Source of the DNA: a virus
Lineage: Duplodnaviria > Caudoviricetes
Direction: 5' to 3' (one strand)
DNA: 44,389 bases
IMG/VR virus record: IMGVR_UViG_3300048611_000042
Location: 1-44,389 of that record
Both the position numbers and the translations under genes were made by a program. Of this stretch, positions 34,656-43,455 are shown piece after piece; the stretch's first letter is position 1, and each line of letters opens with the position of its first letter. Below the pieces are notes generated by a model. The model searched no databases. It saw only the letters and a program-made list of their open reading frames with translations, and had not been told where the DNA came from.

Positions 34656-35437
34656 CAGGCGACAGCCTCCTCGTGTGCTGCGGGGGCCGACCACGTCGGG
34701 GCGAGCCCGCGCTGGCGGCGGTACTGGAGCAGCCGCGAACCAACGACGTACGCGCGGTGGTGCGTGAACTCACCAGCGAGTTCGGGGTGCTGGCGGCAGA
34801 CCTCGTCGGCGACCTCCTGCCAGGCGAGGCCCTGGTCGCGCAGCGCCAGGATCAGGTCCGTGGGCCACTTGCGTCGGCCGTACGCGGCGCCCTGGACCCA
34901 CTCGACCCCGTGCCGCACAGCAAGCACCCGCATCGCGTTGTTCTGGTTCTCGTGCGACAGCCCGAAGCGGCGAGCGAGTGTCGGCGCGTTCGGGGTCATG
35001 CCGTGCTCGGTGATGTGATCCTCGTACGCGCAGATGCGCTCGGCCAGCGGCATCGCTCGCGGGTTCAGTGCCGCCCCCACGACCTCGGCGAGCGGCACGC
35101 CCATGTAGTTCGCGATCGAGCGCATGGTCATGCGCTTCTCGATCAGCGGCCAGATGGCGACGCGGCGCGCCGCGTACACGTCGTTCGCGAAGCCACCCTT
35201 GGTCCACGCCATGACCGCAGCAGCCCGCGCGTCGTCGTCGTGGTCCACGTCGAGCAGGGATCGCGCTCGGTCGTAGATGTCGAGCGTCTCCTCGCCCCAG
35301 GCGAGGAACGCCTCACGGAACGGAAGGTCCTCCTCCATGAGCGCGAGCAGCCGCTTGTGGCGGTACACGTGGGCCACGGGCACGCCGCCAGGTAGCGGGG
35401 CCACGTCTGCCAGATCGTCGAGAACTGCTGCCTGCAC
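34655..35437 (-). CDS. Hypothetical protein with HTH-like segments
   Basis: SD GGAGG; MTMRSIANYMGV and LRDQGLAWQEVA. Confidence 0.65.
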   Translation of the reverse strand: MQAAVLDDLADVAPLPGGVPVAHVYRHKRLLALMEEDLPFREAFLAWGEETLDIYDRARSLLDVDHDDDARAAAVMAWTKGGFANDVYAARRVAIWPLIEKRMTMRSIANYMGVPLAEVVGAALNPRAMPLAERICAYEDHITEHGMTPNAPTLARRFGLSHENQNNAMRVLAVRHGVEWVQGAAYGRRKWPTDLILALRDQGLAWQEVADEVCRQHPELAGEFTHHRAYVVGSRLLQYRRQRGLAPTWSAPAAHEEAVA

Positions 35438-35622
35438 GTTCGCCTCCAGGTGTGTGCGCCTGGAGGGGAGACAGCAGCAAGTCCGCGCGCGTCTAGGTCG
35501 CTCGGACTACCATGGTCCCTGCGCGGGTCGGGCGGAAGCCCGAACCCGAGCGGGGGGCGGCGTGGAACACGTGCTTGCCAGCCTGGGACACGCCGTCCCC
35601 CCTCGCTTCTCGATTGTCAGTG

Positions 35623-35658
35623 CGGGCACGAGCACGCTTGCGACGTGCTCGCACTCCT
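35623..35658 (-). repeat. 36-nt hairpin repeat, copy 1
   Basis: + strand CGGGCACGAGCACGCTTGCGACGTGCTCGCACTCCT, identical to 43509-43544. Confidence 0.9.
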
Positions 35659-35832
35659 TGCTCTTGCGCGCTCGGCCTTACGAGCCGAGCGCCGTACGCG
35701 CTCGCGGGCAGGCTTCGCTACCCGCTGGTCGCTCAGCCCCTTCGTGGACCCCCTCTGTAGTCCCCCCCACGGGACAGGTCTGGTGCGGGGTCATGTCCAT
35801 GCTGGGCTGGGGGACGGGCGACGGTACCAGCG

Positions 35833-36753
35833 TCAGCCGACGGGTCGGTGGACCGACAGCCACTCGCCAAGTTCGTCACCCCCAGCGCGCACGTAGCGCA
35901 TCGTGGTCGAGATGTCCGAGTGGTTCAGGTACCTGCTCACGATCGCGATGGGTACCCCTGCCCTGAGCAGGTTCGTCGCGCACGAGTGGCGCAACTGGTG
36001 ACACGTGAAGCGCGGCAGGCGCAGCCGCTTGCCTGCCCTGTCGATCCATCGACTGAACTCCTCGGCGCGACGCACCCCAGGTGCGTACGCCTCCAGCCAC
36101 GCGACGAGCAGGCCATCGTTGGCCCCGTGCCCGATCACGGCCCGAAGCGGGATCGTGACCTCCTCAACGCTACCCAGCAGGTGCGACATCTTCATCGCGT
36201 ACACGCGCAGGCCCGTGCCGAGCGGCAGGACTCCGTCGCCGCCACCCTTGCGCGTGAAGCCCAGGAGCCGCAGCCCCTCAACGTCCACGTGGCCCCGCTG
36301 AAGCGAAGCGATCTCGGCTCGTCGCAGGCCCCCGTAGAAGCCGAGGGCCAGGCCCACGCGCAGTTCCACGGGTAGGGGCGCGCCCCACCACTCCTGCCAC
36401 ACGTCGTCGGGGATCGGACGCGGCAGTTCGTTCTTCGGCTTCGGCGCGTGCAGCAGGTCCGCGGGGTTCCGCTCGATGAGCCCGCGCGAGTGAGCCCAGC
36501 GGTACATGGTCCGCAGGATTGTCACGTCTCGTGCGAGCGTGGCGGGTGCAGGGGGCCGCGACTCGAACCCGTTCTGTCCGCCCGTACGCGAACGCTGCAC
36601 CCATGCCTCGATCTCCTCGATCGAGATGTCGTCGTACTCGCGCTCCCCCACCACGTCTCGGTGGTAGGCGCGCAGGACCCCCTCGTAGACGCGCAGCGTT
36701 GATACGGGGCGCCCCCGCTGGATCTTCTGCCAGTGCAGGTACTCGTCGATCAC
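35833..36753 (-). CDS. Tyrosine recombinase/integrase (XerC-like, no arm-binding domain)
   Basis: GLRRAEI, RKGG, HQLRHSCAT, LNHSDISTTMRY catalytic R-K-H-R-H-Y. Confidence 0.93.
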   Translation of the reverse strand: MIDEYLHWQKIQRGRPVSTLRVYEGVLRAYHRDVVGEREYDDISIEEIEAWVQRSRTGGQNGFESRPPAPATLARDVTILRTMYRWAHSRGLIERNPADLLHAPKPKNELPRPIPDDVWQEWWGAPLPVELRVGLALGFYGGLRRAEIASLQRGHVDVEGLRLLGFTRKGGGDGVLPLGTGLRVYAMKMSHLLGSVEEVTIPLRAVIGHGANDGLLVAWLEAYAPGVRRAEEFSRWIDRAGKRLRLPRFTCHQLRHSCATNLLRAGVPIAIVSRYLNHSDISTTMRYVRAGGDELGEWLSVHRPVG

Positions 36754-36828
36754 GTGTTCGCCTCCTGGAACCTGGCGCCACCGCTCACGCCGAGCCCCCG
36801 TTCTCCCTGGTCGTGGTATGTATCAGTG

Positions 36829-36891
36829 GGGCCGCTGGCGCAACTGGCAGCGCGTCGGACTTTCGTGCGCTCACGCTATCCGCAGGTTCCG
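36829..36891 (+). pseudogene. tRNA(Lys)-like 5' relic, candidate attP
   Basis: GGGCCGC TG GCGC AACTGGCA GCGC G TCGGA CTTT, an insert, then A TCCGC AGGTT CCG; no intact T-arm or 3' acceptor strand. Confidence 0.5.
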
Positions 36892-36910
36892 TGCGGTGCC
36901 AAGGGCGCCG

Positions 36911-36991
36911 CTACCAGTCGCGGATGGCCCGCACCACTGCCCGCCCGAGCCACACGAAGACGATCGGGGCCACAGCCCACCAGGGTCGCAT
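36911..36991 (-). CDS. 26-aa membrane micropeptide
   Basis: TGATG-coupled with SD AGGAGG; MRPWWAVAPIVFVWLGRAVVRAIRDW. Confidence 0.45.
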   Translation of the reverse strand: MRPWWAVAPIVFVWLGRAVVRAIRDW

Positions 36992-37284
36992 CACACCCTC
37001 CTACGCGCATCCTTGTACCTGTCGCGCACCGCGATCTGCGCGGCACGCGCTCGGGTGATCCCGAACTCGATCGCCAGGTCGCGCAGCGACCAGCCCTCGT
37101 TCTCGCGCAGCCACTCGAACGCGAGCGTGCGCTGATCCCCGAACTGCTCCTGCGCGTGGCGCATGCGGTCGGCCATCCTGACTGACCACCGAGCCCTGCG
37201 GCCCTGGTCTGGCTCGCGCTCCAGCGCGTCGATCGCCTGAGCGATCGCCGACGCCAGGGCGCGGTCGGCTTCCTGTGGGCTCAC
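36991..37284 (-). CDS. HTH DNA-binding protein
   Basis: EGWSLRDLAIEFGITRARAAQI. Confidence 0.8.
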   Translation of the reverse strand: MSPQEADRALASAIAQAIDALEREPDQGRRARWSVRMADRMRHAQEQFGDQRTLAFEWLRENEGWSLRDLAIEFGITRARAAQIAVRDRYKDARRRV

Positions 37285-37483
37285 GTGGCCCCAGGGTGCC
37301 CGAGGTCCGCCAGGAGCGCCTCGATCCGCCGCCGACGACGCTCGGCCGTACGAGCCTCGTCGAGATGCACCACCAACTCGGTGCTCGACTGCCCATCGTC
37401 CCAGCGCACGACGCACTCGAACTCGGCGCCGTCCACGCGGGTGACCGTGCCGCCCACGCCGTCCTTGCGCGTGGCGCGGTGGC

Positions 37484-37648
37484 CTACGAAGCGCGATCGC
37501 TTGTCTCGGCGCTGCGGACGATCGTCACCTTCACGTTCTCGCACCATCCCTCCAGTATGCCTCGGCCCGCCGCCGTCACGGCGGCGAGGATGAACGTCTC
37601 GGGCTGCGGGCTCTCGCACTGCACGCGGATCGTGAAGTCGTGCGTCAT
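37484..37648 (-). CDS. Hypothetical protein
   Basis: MTHDFTIRVQC...; overlaps a second coding-like frame that runs to 37281. Confidence 0.45.
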   Translation of the reverse strand: MTHDFTIRVQCESPQPETFILAAVTAAGRGILEGWCENVKVTIVRSAETSDRAS

Positions 37649-37650
37649 GT

Positions 37651-37998
37651 TCAGTCCTGGCTCGCGACCCGCACGAGGTTCGTGGCCTGCGGGCGGATCG
37701 CGAGGCGGTCGCTGAGCCCCATGATCTCCAGGGACCCATCGTCAACGCGCAGTCTGAGCCTGCTCCGCCCGCGCCCCTCGGCCTCGGGGTTCAGGACGCA
37801 CTCGATGTACCTCGACCCGATCGGGGCTGGGTCGCTGCCGAGCGAGCCAGGCACGTAGAACGTGGCGCCACTCGCGACGCCCGCCCCGTACTCGCGCCGC
37901 AGCGTGGCCTCGACTTCCTCGACCCTGCGGCGTAGCCGCACCAACTCGTCCTGCGCCCACTTCGGCAGGCGCTCTTCGCGCGTCTTGACCGTTGTCAT
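37651..37998 (-). CDS. Hypothetical phage protein
   Basis: REERLPKWAQ...LAIRPQATNLVRV. Confidence 0.75.
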   Translation of the reverse strand: MTTVKTREERLPKWAQDELVRLRRRVEEVEATLRREYGAGVASGATFYVPGSLGSDPAPIGSRYIECVLNPEAEGRGRSRLRLRVDDGSLEIMGLSDRLAIRPQATNLVRVASQD

Positions 37999-38186
37999 CG
38001 CAACTGCTCCCCGATCTGCCGCCCAGCGGCCTCCAGTGCCCGCACGTACAGACGTGCGTGGCGCCCGTGTCTCGGTCGGTAGTCCTCGGCCCTGGCGGGC
38101 AGCAGGATCGACAAGATCCGAGCCTCCTCGCGCGTCAGGTACAACCCGAACCGCTCGCGCTCCTGGCCCTCGTCGTACTCGGCCAA
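37995..38186 (-). CDS. Hypothetical protein
   Basis: TTG start 9 nt after GGAGG. Confidence 0.55.
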   Translation of the reverse strand: MAEYDEGQERERFGLYLTREEARILSILLPARAEDYRPRHGRHARLYVRALEAAGRQIGEQLR

Positions 38187-38190
38187 GGTG

Positions 38191-38448
38191 TCACGCCTCC
38201 CGCTCGCGGGCGAACGGAGGCCGTTCGCGCCGCACGTCCTCGACGCCGAACCCAGCGCCACCGATGGCCCCCACGAGCCGCATGTACGCGGACTCGGTGA
38301 GCCCGAGGTCGCTCCCCTCCTCGACGTCCGAGGGGTCGTCTGCCAGGACCTCCACGATGATCTTCACGTCGGGCGCCGCGCCCGCAGCGGGCGCCTGGGT
38401 GGACCCGTACGCGCTCGCCAGGTCACGAAGCGTCCAGTTCTCGTTCAC
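38191..38448 (-). CDS. Hypothetical protein
   Basis: GTG after GGAGG. Confidence 0.6.
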   Translation of the reverse strand: MNENWTLRDLASAYGSTQAPAAGAAPDVKIIVEVLADDPSDVEEGSDLGLTESAYMRLVGAIGGAGFGVEDVRRERPPFAREREA

Positions 38449-38550
38449 GTCACGCCTCCCGTCGCCAGAACTCACGGCGCGGGCCGATGTCCAGGGCGAG
38501 CGAACCCCACCCCGACCACCAGCCCGACACGATCCACCGTACGAACTTCG

Positions 38551-38682
38551 TCAACTCGTGTCCTCCTCGTACATGACGGCCTTGCAGAAGCGGCACTGCC
38601 GCTTGATCGTGCCGTCAGCCAACTTGATGGGTGGCCCCCACTCGTGCTCGGGGCCGTGTGCCTCGATGAGTGCCCGACGCAT
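38551..38682 (-). CDS. Small zinc-binding-like protein
   Basis: TGATG-coupled; HEW...QCRFC. Confidence 0.5.
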   Translation of the reverse strand: MRRALIEAHGPEHEWGPPIKLADGTIKRQCRFCKAVMYEEDTS

Positions 38683-39053
38683 CAGTCGGTGTACTGGAAG
38701 TCGTCTGCGTCGAGCGTCGTGTCGTTGCGCCCCACGACGATGTCCCAGTCGACGGGGCGCCCGCCGAAGCGATCCGACAGGTACGTCTTCAGGTGGTTGC
38801 GTGACCGCCACGGATTCGGCCTCGCGAACGGCGGCGCGAACACGCTCAACACGAACGCGGGCTCGCGGGTGTCGAGCACGGTGACCTCCTGGATCGGGCG
38901 GCGACCGAGCAGATCCGCGAGGACCGCGTACAGGTGCAGCGGGATCTCGTCGGAGGGCTGCCGACCGCACAGGTCCCGCAGGTACTCGGCCTCGTCTGCG
39001 TCGAGCACGAGCGTGACGCGCTCGATGGTGGTGAGAGCGGTTGCCTCGGCCAT
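38682..39053 (-). CDS. Hypothetical protein
   Basis: TGATG-coupled. Confidence 0.65.
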   Translation of the reverse strand: MAEATALTTIERVTLVLDADEAEYLRDLCGRQPSDEIPLHLYAVLADLLGRRPIQEVTVLDTREPAFVLSVFAPPFARPNPWRSRNHLKTYLSDRFGGRPVDWDIVVGRNDTTLDADDFQYTD

Positions 39054-39256
39054 CACGACCACCGATCCAACACGTCGCTCAGGCGGTCACGGATGTCCCA
39101 CGCCTCTTGTCGCGTGAGGTTCGAGCAGATCACGTGGAACTGCTCGCCGTCCTCGTGGGTGATGTCGAACGTGAGGCCCTCCGCGTGTGGGTGGTCCCCG
39201 ATGATCAGGCGCGCCTCGTGCCCGTGGCTCGATCCCTTGATGCTGACGACCGCCAT
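39053..39256 (-). CDS. Hypothetical protein
   Basis: TGATG-coupled; MAVVSIKG. Confidence 0.65.
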   Translation of the reverse strand: MAVVSIKGSSHGHEARLIIGDHPHAEGLTFDITHEDGEQFHVICSNLTRQEAWDIRDRLSDVLDRWS

Positions 39257-39588
39257 CACTTGCCTCCCTTCAGCCAGTCCGCGAACGGGACGCCGTCGAC
39301 CGTCTGCTTCGCGCAGTCCACGCGGGCCACGATCGTGCCGTCGTCGGGCTCGCCGACGCACAGGCCCATGCCCGTCTCCTTGGCGCCCCACGTGCGGGTG
39401 ATCTCCCGCACGATGGTGCGGGTCAGGTACGACTCGCCGCCCCAGCGAGCCACGGCGTCCTCGTGGCCCAGCGCGTCGGCCAGCGCCTCGCGGGCTGCGT
39501 CGGGGCTGGCCCAGTGCAGGTACACGTACAGGGGCGTCTCGCTCCGCTCCTGCTTGATCTCGATGTTGGTCCGCTCTCCCATGTCCAT
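39256..39588 (-). CDS. Hypothetical phage protein
   Basis: MGERTNI...YVYLHW...RW...SYLTR. Confidence 0.75.
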   Translation of the reverse strand: MDMGERTNIEIKQERSETPLYVYLHWASPDAAREALADALGHEDAVARWGGESYLTRTIVREITRTWGAKETGMGLCVGEPDDGTIVARVDCAKQTVDGVPFADWLKGGK

Positions 39589-39669
39589 GCCTCCGTTCGA
39601 GCGGGCTCGCCGCGAGGACGGCTCGTCCCGTGTCGTGTGTCGTGTGTGTCCTCCGTGGGTGGACCGTGA

Positions 39670-39707
39670 GAGGGGGCAGGGCGCACGGAGGAACGCCCCG
39701 CCCCCTC
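39670..39707 (-). terminator. GC hairpin after DUF932 gene
   Basis: + strand GAGGGGGCAGGGCG...CGCCCCGCCCCCTC. Confidence 0.45.
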
Positions 39708-39715
39708 GCTCGTGC

Positions 39716-40717
39716 TCAGGCGAGCACGAGGTCGAGCGCCTTGTCGGTGAGCGGCTGCTTGCCGCTGAGCACCGAGTCGGCCTGGCGCATGGCCCGCAGC
39801 GTGTCGCTGCCGACGCCCCGCGTGTTGCGGGTGGGCATGCCCCAGTTCTCGTACGTGTTGACGCTCTGCACGAACGCCCACGCCGTGCCCTCGACCCCGC
39901 CGACCACGTCGACCGTCTGGTCCTCGGCGCGGTACAGGAGCCCGACCTTCTCCCGCGCAGCGTCGTTCACGTTGCGGGTGCGGGTCGGCACGTCGTCCCC
40001 AGCGGGGAACAGCGTGTCGAGCAGGGCCTTGTACGTCTGCGGGGCCACGGGGGTCCGCATGAGGCCCTCGGCCATCGCCACGTACGCCTCACGGTTCTCG
40101 TGGTGCGTGCCGAGCGCCTGGCGTGCCTCGTCCATGCGGTCGTGGACGCCGCTCGTGTGACGGAAGCGGTAGTGGGTCGTACCCGCCGCCTTCGCCGCGG
40201 CCAGCGTGTTCGCGCAGACCACCAGGATCGGCGAGTTGAGCCCGAGCAGCGGGCTCGTGCCGTCGTGCGACCCGCTCACGGTCCAGTAGTCGGCGACCTC
40301 GTAGTCGCCGATCGTGAACCGCCCGAGGTCGTACGTGAAGAAGTACCGCCGACCGTGGTCGAGCGAGCCGACCGAGATGAGGTCCGCACGCAGACCCTCG
40401 CCCTCGGCCTGGCGACGCACGTCCGAGCCGAACTCGTACGCCTGCACCGCCTGCACGGGCTCGTACCGAGCGCCGACCGTGGCGAGCAGCACGTTGTCCT
40501 CGCGGACGATCCCGAACTGGTCGTCCCCTGCGACGGTGCAGAGGATCACGAGGTCCGAGAGCGGCACCTTGTCGACGCGCTTCGTGACGCTGATGTCCGC
40601 GGCGAGCAGGTCTGCCCAGGTGAAGTCCTCACCCGTGACCTCGCCGAGGCGGTGCCACGCCGCCTGACGCCCCATGTACTGGCCCTTGCCGTCGAGGATT
40701 TCGATGTTGTCGCTCAT
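39716..40717 (-). CDS. DUF932-family protein
   Basis: AWHRLG, VGARYEPVQ, GSLDHGRR, SHDGT, VVCANTL, RHT, GTAWAFVQSV. Confidence 0.88.
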   Translation of the reverse strand: MSDNIEILDGKGQYMGRQAAWHRLGEVTGEDFTWADLLAADISVTKRVDKVPLSDLVILCTVAGDDQFGIVREDNVLLATVGARYEPVQAVQAYEFGSDVRRQAEGEGLRADLISVGSLDHGRRYFFTYDLGRFTIGDYEVADYWTVSGSHDGTSPLLGLNSPILVVCANTLAAAKAAGTTHYRFRHTSGVHDRMDEARQALGTHHENREAYVAMAEGLMRTPVAPQTYKALLDTLFPAGDDVPTRTRNVNDAAREKVGLLYRAEDQTVDVVGGVEGTAWAFVQSVNTYENWGMPTRNTRGVGSDTLRAMRQADSVLSGKQPLTDKALDLVLA

Positions 40718-40801
40718 GTTCGCCTCCGTGTTTCGTGTGTGTGTCTTGCGGGTGTTCGTCGGATTCGGTGCTAACCGCGGGATTGCCGCTAGCGACTTCC
40801 A

Positions 40802-40836
40802 CAGTATCGCGCCGCTGTCAAGCCCCCCATTAGCCC
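40802..40836 (-). promoter_or_regulatory. TTGACA-containing 35-nt motif, copy 1
   Basis: 29/35 identical to 42337-42371. Confidence 0.6.
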
Positions 40837-41096
40837 CAAGGGGCTGCTCGGAGGAATCCGTAGCGGGCGTCCTCGGCGTAGCGGGTCGCGGCGCTCCACG
40901 CCGTCTCGCCCTTGAACGTGCGGGTCCGCGGCTTGGGGCTCGGCCCCTCGACGCTCACCCTCCACGCACCCTCCCCGTACGCGTGGTCGGTTCGCGCGTC
41001 GAGCAGCGTGGCGGACTCGACCACGACCACGTGGGCGCCGACCTCGATCTGCTCACGCGTGGTCCAGGGGGGCAGGATCTTGTAGCGAGCCGTCAC
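40830..41096 (-). CDS. Hypothetical protein
   Basis: GTGA-coupled; RTFKGETAWSAATRYAED. Confidence 0.65.
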   Translation of the reverse strand: MTARYKILPPWTTREQIEVGAHVVVVESATLLDARTDHAYGEGAWRVSVEGPSPKPRTRTFKGETAWSAATRYAEDARYGFLRAAPWG

Positions 41097-41440
41097 GAGA
41101 GCACCCCCCGCGTCTCGTGGATCTTGTACGTGCGGGCCTCGTCGCGACCGCCGTCGAGCACGAGTTCCACGTGCTGGTCCTCTTCGAGGTTGCCCGCGAA
41201 CGCATTCGTCACGGCGCCGCAGAGTTCCGCTGCGGCTGGCGCCACGGACCCCAGCACGTCGTTCGTGTAGGTGCGGTCGAGGCGCTCGATGGTGACGCGG
41301 TACGCGGCGGTGGTGTGCCGCTCGCTCTCGATGCCGAGCGAGTGCAGGAAGGCTCGCTTGCCCTCGTCGCACCCAGCCTCGTACTCCATCACGGCCTTGA
41401 TGAGCCGCTTCGTGCCGATCGTCTTCGGGTTCGTGGTCAT
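41093..41440 (-). CDS. Hypothetical protein
   Basis: ATG after ACACACGGAGG; frame stays open upstream to ATG 41716. Confidence 0.65.
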   Translation of the reverse strand: MTTNPKTIGTKRLIKAVMEYEAGCDEGKRAFLHSLGIESERHTTAAYRVTIERLDRTYTNDVLGSVAPAAAELCGAVTNAFAGNLEEDQHVELVLDGGRDEARTYKIHETRGVLS

Positions 41441-41712
41441 GTTCGTGTGCCTCCGTGTGTGTCGAGCGCGGCTGGCGCTCAGTCTCGGTCCCACTGCGTG
41501 GACCCGCAGTGTCGACTCGTTGTCGATCGGGTCGTATGCCGTGTCGAACAGTCGCGGTGGCCACAGCCACGTCGAGTGCTCGTCGAGCGGGTGCTGGTGC
41601 TCCTCGCACTCGCCGTAGAACGCGGGCGCCGACATGGTCAACGTCTGGACCTGACGCACCGACTCGGCGGTGGCGCCGCAGCCGTAGGTCGCGCATCGGT
41701 AGTCGCTGGCGC

Positions 41713-41877
41713 TCATGCGACCTCCTCCAGGTAGAAGCCGTCGAGAGCCTCGTCGAGCAGGTCCACGTGGTGTGACCCGCGGCACGTGCAGTTCGGGCAG
41801 AAGTCGTCGGGCGAGTCTGCGTGCAGCCCCGCGTAGTGGTCCTCGATCACGTCGTCGATGTCGCTGGACCCGTACAT
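41713..41877 (-). CDS. Small acidic Cys/His protein
   Basis: MYGSSDIDDVIEDHYAGLHADSPDDFCPNC...; coupled at both ends. Confidence 0.55.
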   Translation of the reverse strand: MYGSSDIDDVIEDHYAGLHADSPDDFCPNCTCRGSHHVDLLDEALDGFYLEEVA

Positions 41878-42050
41878 CACCCCTCCGTTCCGCAGATGCG
41901 ATTACCCATCGCATCGCAGTCCCAGCACGGCATGTCCTCCTGGCAACGCGCGGTCACGTCGGGAGCCGAGATGATCGAGCCCACGAGCCACGCGGCTGCG
42001 AGCAGGATCACGAGCCACCACGTGATGAGCCACGCACGGACGCCGCTCAT
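41877..42050 (-). CDS. Small membrane protein with CQEDxPCWDC..MGN..CG motif
   Basis: TM helix followed by a 4-Cys motif I recall from actinophage proteins. Confidence 0.7.
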   Translation of the reverse strand: MSGVRAWLITWWLVILLAAAWLVGSIISAPDVTARCQEDMPCWDCDAMGNRICGTEG

Positions 42051-42169
42051 CGAGCGGCCTTCGTCGCGAGCACGACGTGGTACGTCGTGTACCGACGCAA
42101 CTCGTCCCACGCGTGGACCGTGATGCTCGGGCCGACGCGGCGGAACGTCTTGCGGGTGGAACGCTTCAT
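42047..42169 (-). CDS. Small basic hypothetical protein
   Basis: ATG after ACACACACGGAGG. Confidence 0.55.
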   Translation of the reverse strand: MKRSTRKTFRRVGPSITVHAWDELRRYTTYHVVLATKAAR

Positions 42170-42336
42170 GGTCGTGACCTCCGTGTGTGTGTGTTCGAGG
42201 ATCGGGAGCAGCGCCCCCACGAGCGGCTGGCGCCGTTCAGCGCCGCCCCCGACCCTCAGTCGCATGGCGGACCCCGTGCAAGCGAGTGCTCCCTGCCTCG
42301 AAGGCACGGCTCACCCGCTGGCGGCGAGGCCAGTAC

Positions 42337-42371
42337 CAGTGTCGCAGCGGTGTCAAGCCCGCCCTTAGCCC
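42337..42371 (-). promoter_or_regulatory. TTGACA-containing 35-nt motif, copy 2
   Basis: GGGCTAAGGGCGGGCTTGACACCGCTGCGACACTG. Confidence 0.6.
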
Positions 42372-42377
42372 TTCGGG

Positions 42378-42767
42378 CTAGGCCACGCGCTCCTTCGGGT
42401 TCTCGCAGTCCTCGCAGCCGTCGCAGCCGTGCGAGTGCCACACGATGTCCCTGCACGAGTACCACTCGGCGAGCAGCACTGCGGGCACGTACCGCTCGCC
42501 TGCGTCGAGCGCACCCACGACTCGGTGGTGCCCGTCCACGAGCACCATGCACCCGTCGAGGTTGCCCGACGAGTGGTAGTCGACGCCGTCCGCGAGCACG
42601 TACACGGGACGCGTGCCGTACCCGCCGCGCTCGGCGTTGTCCTCGCGCTTCTCGGTCAGGACCTCGTCCCAGCCCTCGCTGGGCGTGTACGCCTTGTCGA
42701 GCAGCCCCGAGTCACACGCGTACACGTTCTCGATCAGCCACTCGGGCTTGTACCCCTTCAGCCTCAT
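42378..42767 (-). CDS. ParB/sulfiredoxin-like N-terminal domain protein
   Basis: PVYV...VLVDGHHRVVGALDAGERYVPA. Confidence 0.75.
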   Translation of the reverse strand: MRLKGYKPEWLIENVYACDSGLLDKAYTPSEGWDEVLTEKREDNAERGGYGTRPVYVLADGVDYHSSGNLDGCMVLVDGHHRVVGALDAGERYVPAVLLAEWYSCRDIVWHSHGCDGCEDCENPKERVA

Positions 42768-43009
42768 CGCGCGACCTCCGTTGCGCTCAGCACGAGTGCG
42801 ATGCACCCCTGCACGTTGCCGACGTTGCGCTTGACGTCCACGTCCGTGATGCGCGCCAGGACCGTGGACCCGTCACTGAGCACGAGACGCACGAATGGGC
42901 GCGTCTCGTACAGGACCTCGTCGTTGCGGACTGTGCTGGCGATCTCGCGGTCCGCGTAGCGGACCGTGTCTGCCAGCGTCTTGGAGTCGATGATGGACGT
43001 GAGCGGCAT
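42764..43009 (-). CDS. Hypothetical protein
   Basis: ATG after ACGGAGG. Confidence 0.65.
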   Translation of the reverse strand: MPLTSIIDSKTLADTVRYADREIASTVRNDEVLYETRPFVRLVLSDGSTVLARITDVDVKRNVGNVQGCIALVLSATEVAR

Positions 43010-43037
43010 GTGTGCCTCCGTGGCGCTCGTGTGTGTT

Positions 43038-43073
43038 CGGGCACGAGCACACCTGCGATGTGCTCGCACTCCT
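43038..43073 (-). repeat. 36-nt hairpin repeat, copy 2 (compensatory variant)
   Basis: + strand CGGGCACGAGCACACCTGCGATGTGCTCGCACTCCT. Confidence 0.9.
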
Positions 43074-43086
43074 GTTGTGGGCGCCC

Positions 43087-43455
43087 CTAGCGGGCGGTGA
43101 CCCACGTGGTGCTGGCGTGGAGCACGTCGCCCTGCGGGTAGGCCGCACGGGACCGTGCCGTGACCATCAGCCAGACCCCGCCGACCTCGTCGTGCGATGC
43201 CCACTCGGGGCGATCGACCACGACGCACGCCACATGACCGCTCGCGATCGTGCGGAAGTAGACCTTCTGGCCGACCTTGGACGCGCACTCGGGACATGGC
43301 CCCATGTCAACCAGCGTGGTGGGCACGTCCTCGTGCGTGGTTTCCCAGCGCCCCGTACCGCCGCACGCGTTGCACGCGTCCTCGTGGTTCGGTGCCGCCT
43401 CTCGTGCGATCGCGGCCTCGATCTCGGCCTGCTCCTGCTGCTCGGTGCGTCCCAT
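43087..43455 (-). CDS. Hypothetical protein with CxxCxGxG zinc finger
   Basis: CNACGGTG...PCPEC. Confidence 0.7.
   Translation of the reverse strand: MGRTEQQEQAEIEAAIAREAAPNHEDACNACGGTGRWETTHEDVPTTLVDMGPCPECASKVGQKVYFRTIASGHVACVVVDRPEWASHDEVGGVWLMVTARSRAAYPQGDVLHASTTWVTAR

Noticed and set aside
22721-35437. Many early proteins end in -AA/-EAA like ssrA degrons
   Set aside because: Largely explained by the next gene's SD and ATGA overlap (GAGGCNGCNTGA) in coupled operons
36553-36572. GGGTTCGAGTCGCGGCCC in the recombinase gene resembling a tRNA T-loop and 3' acceptor strand
   Set aside because: Opposite strand to the 5' relic, no T-stem pairing, and inside coding sequence; probably chance
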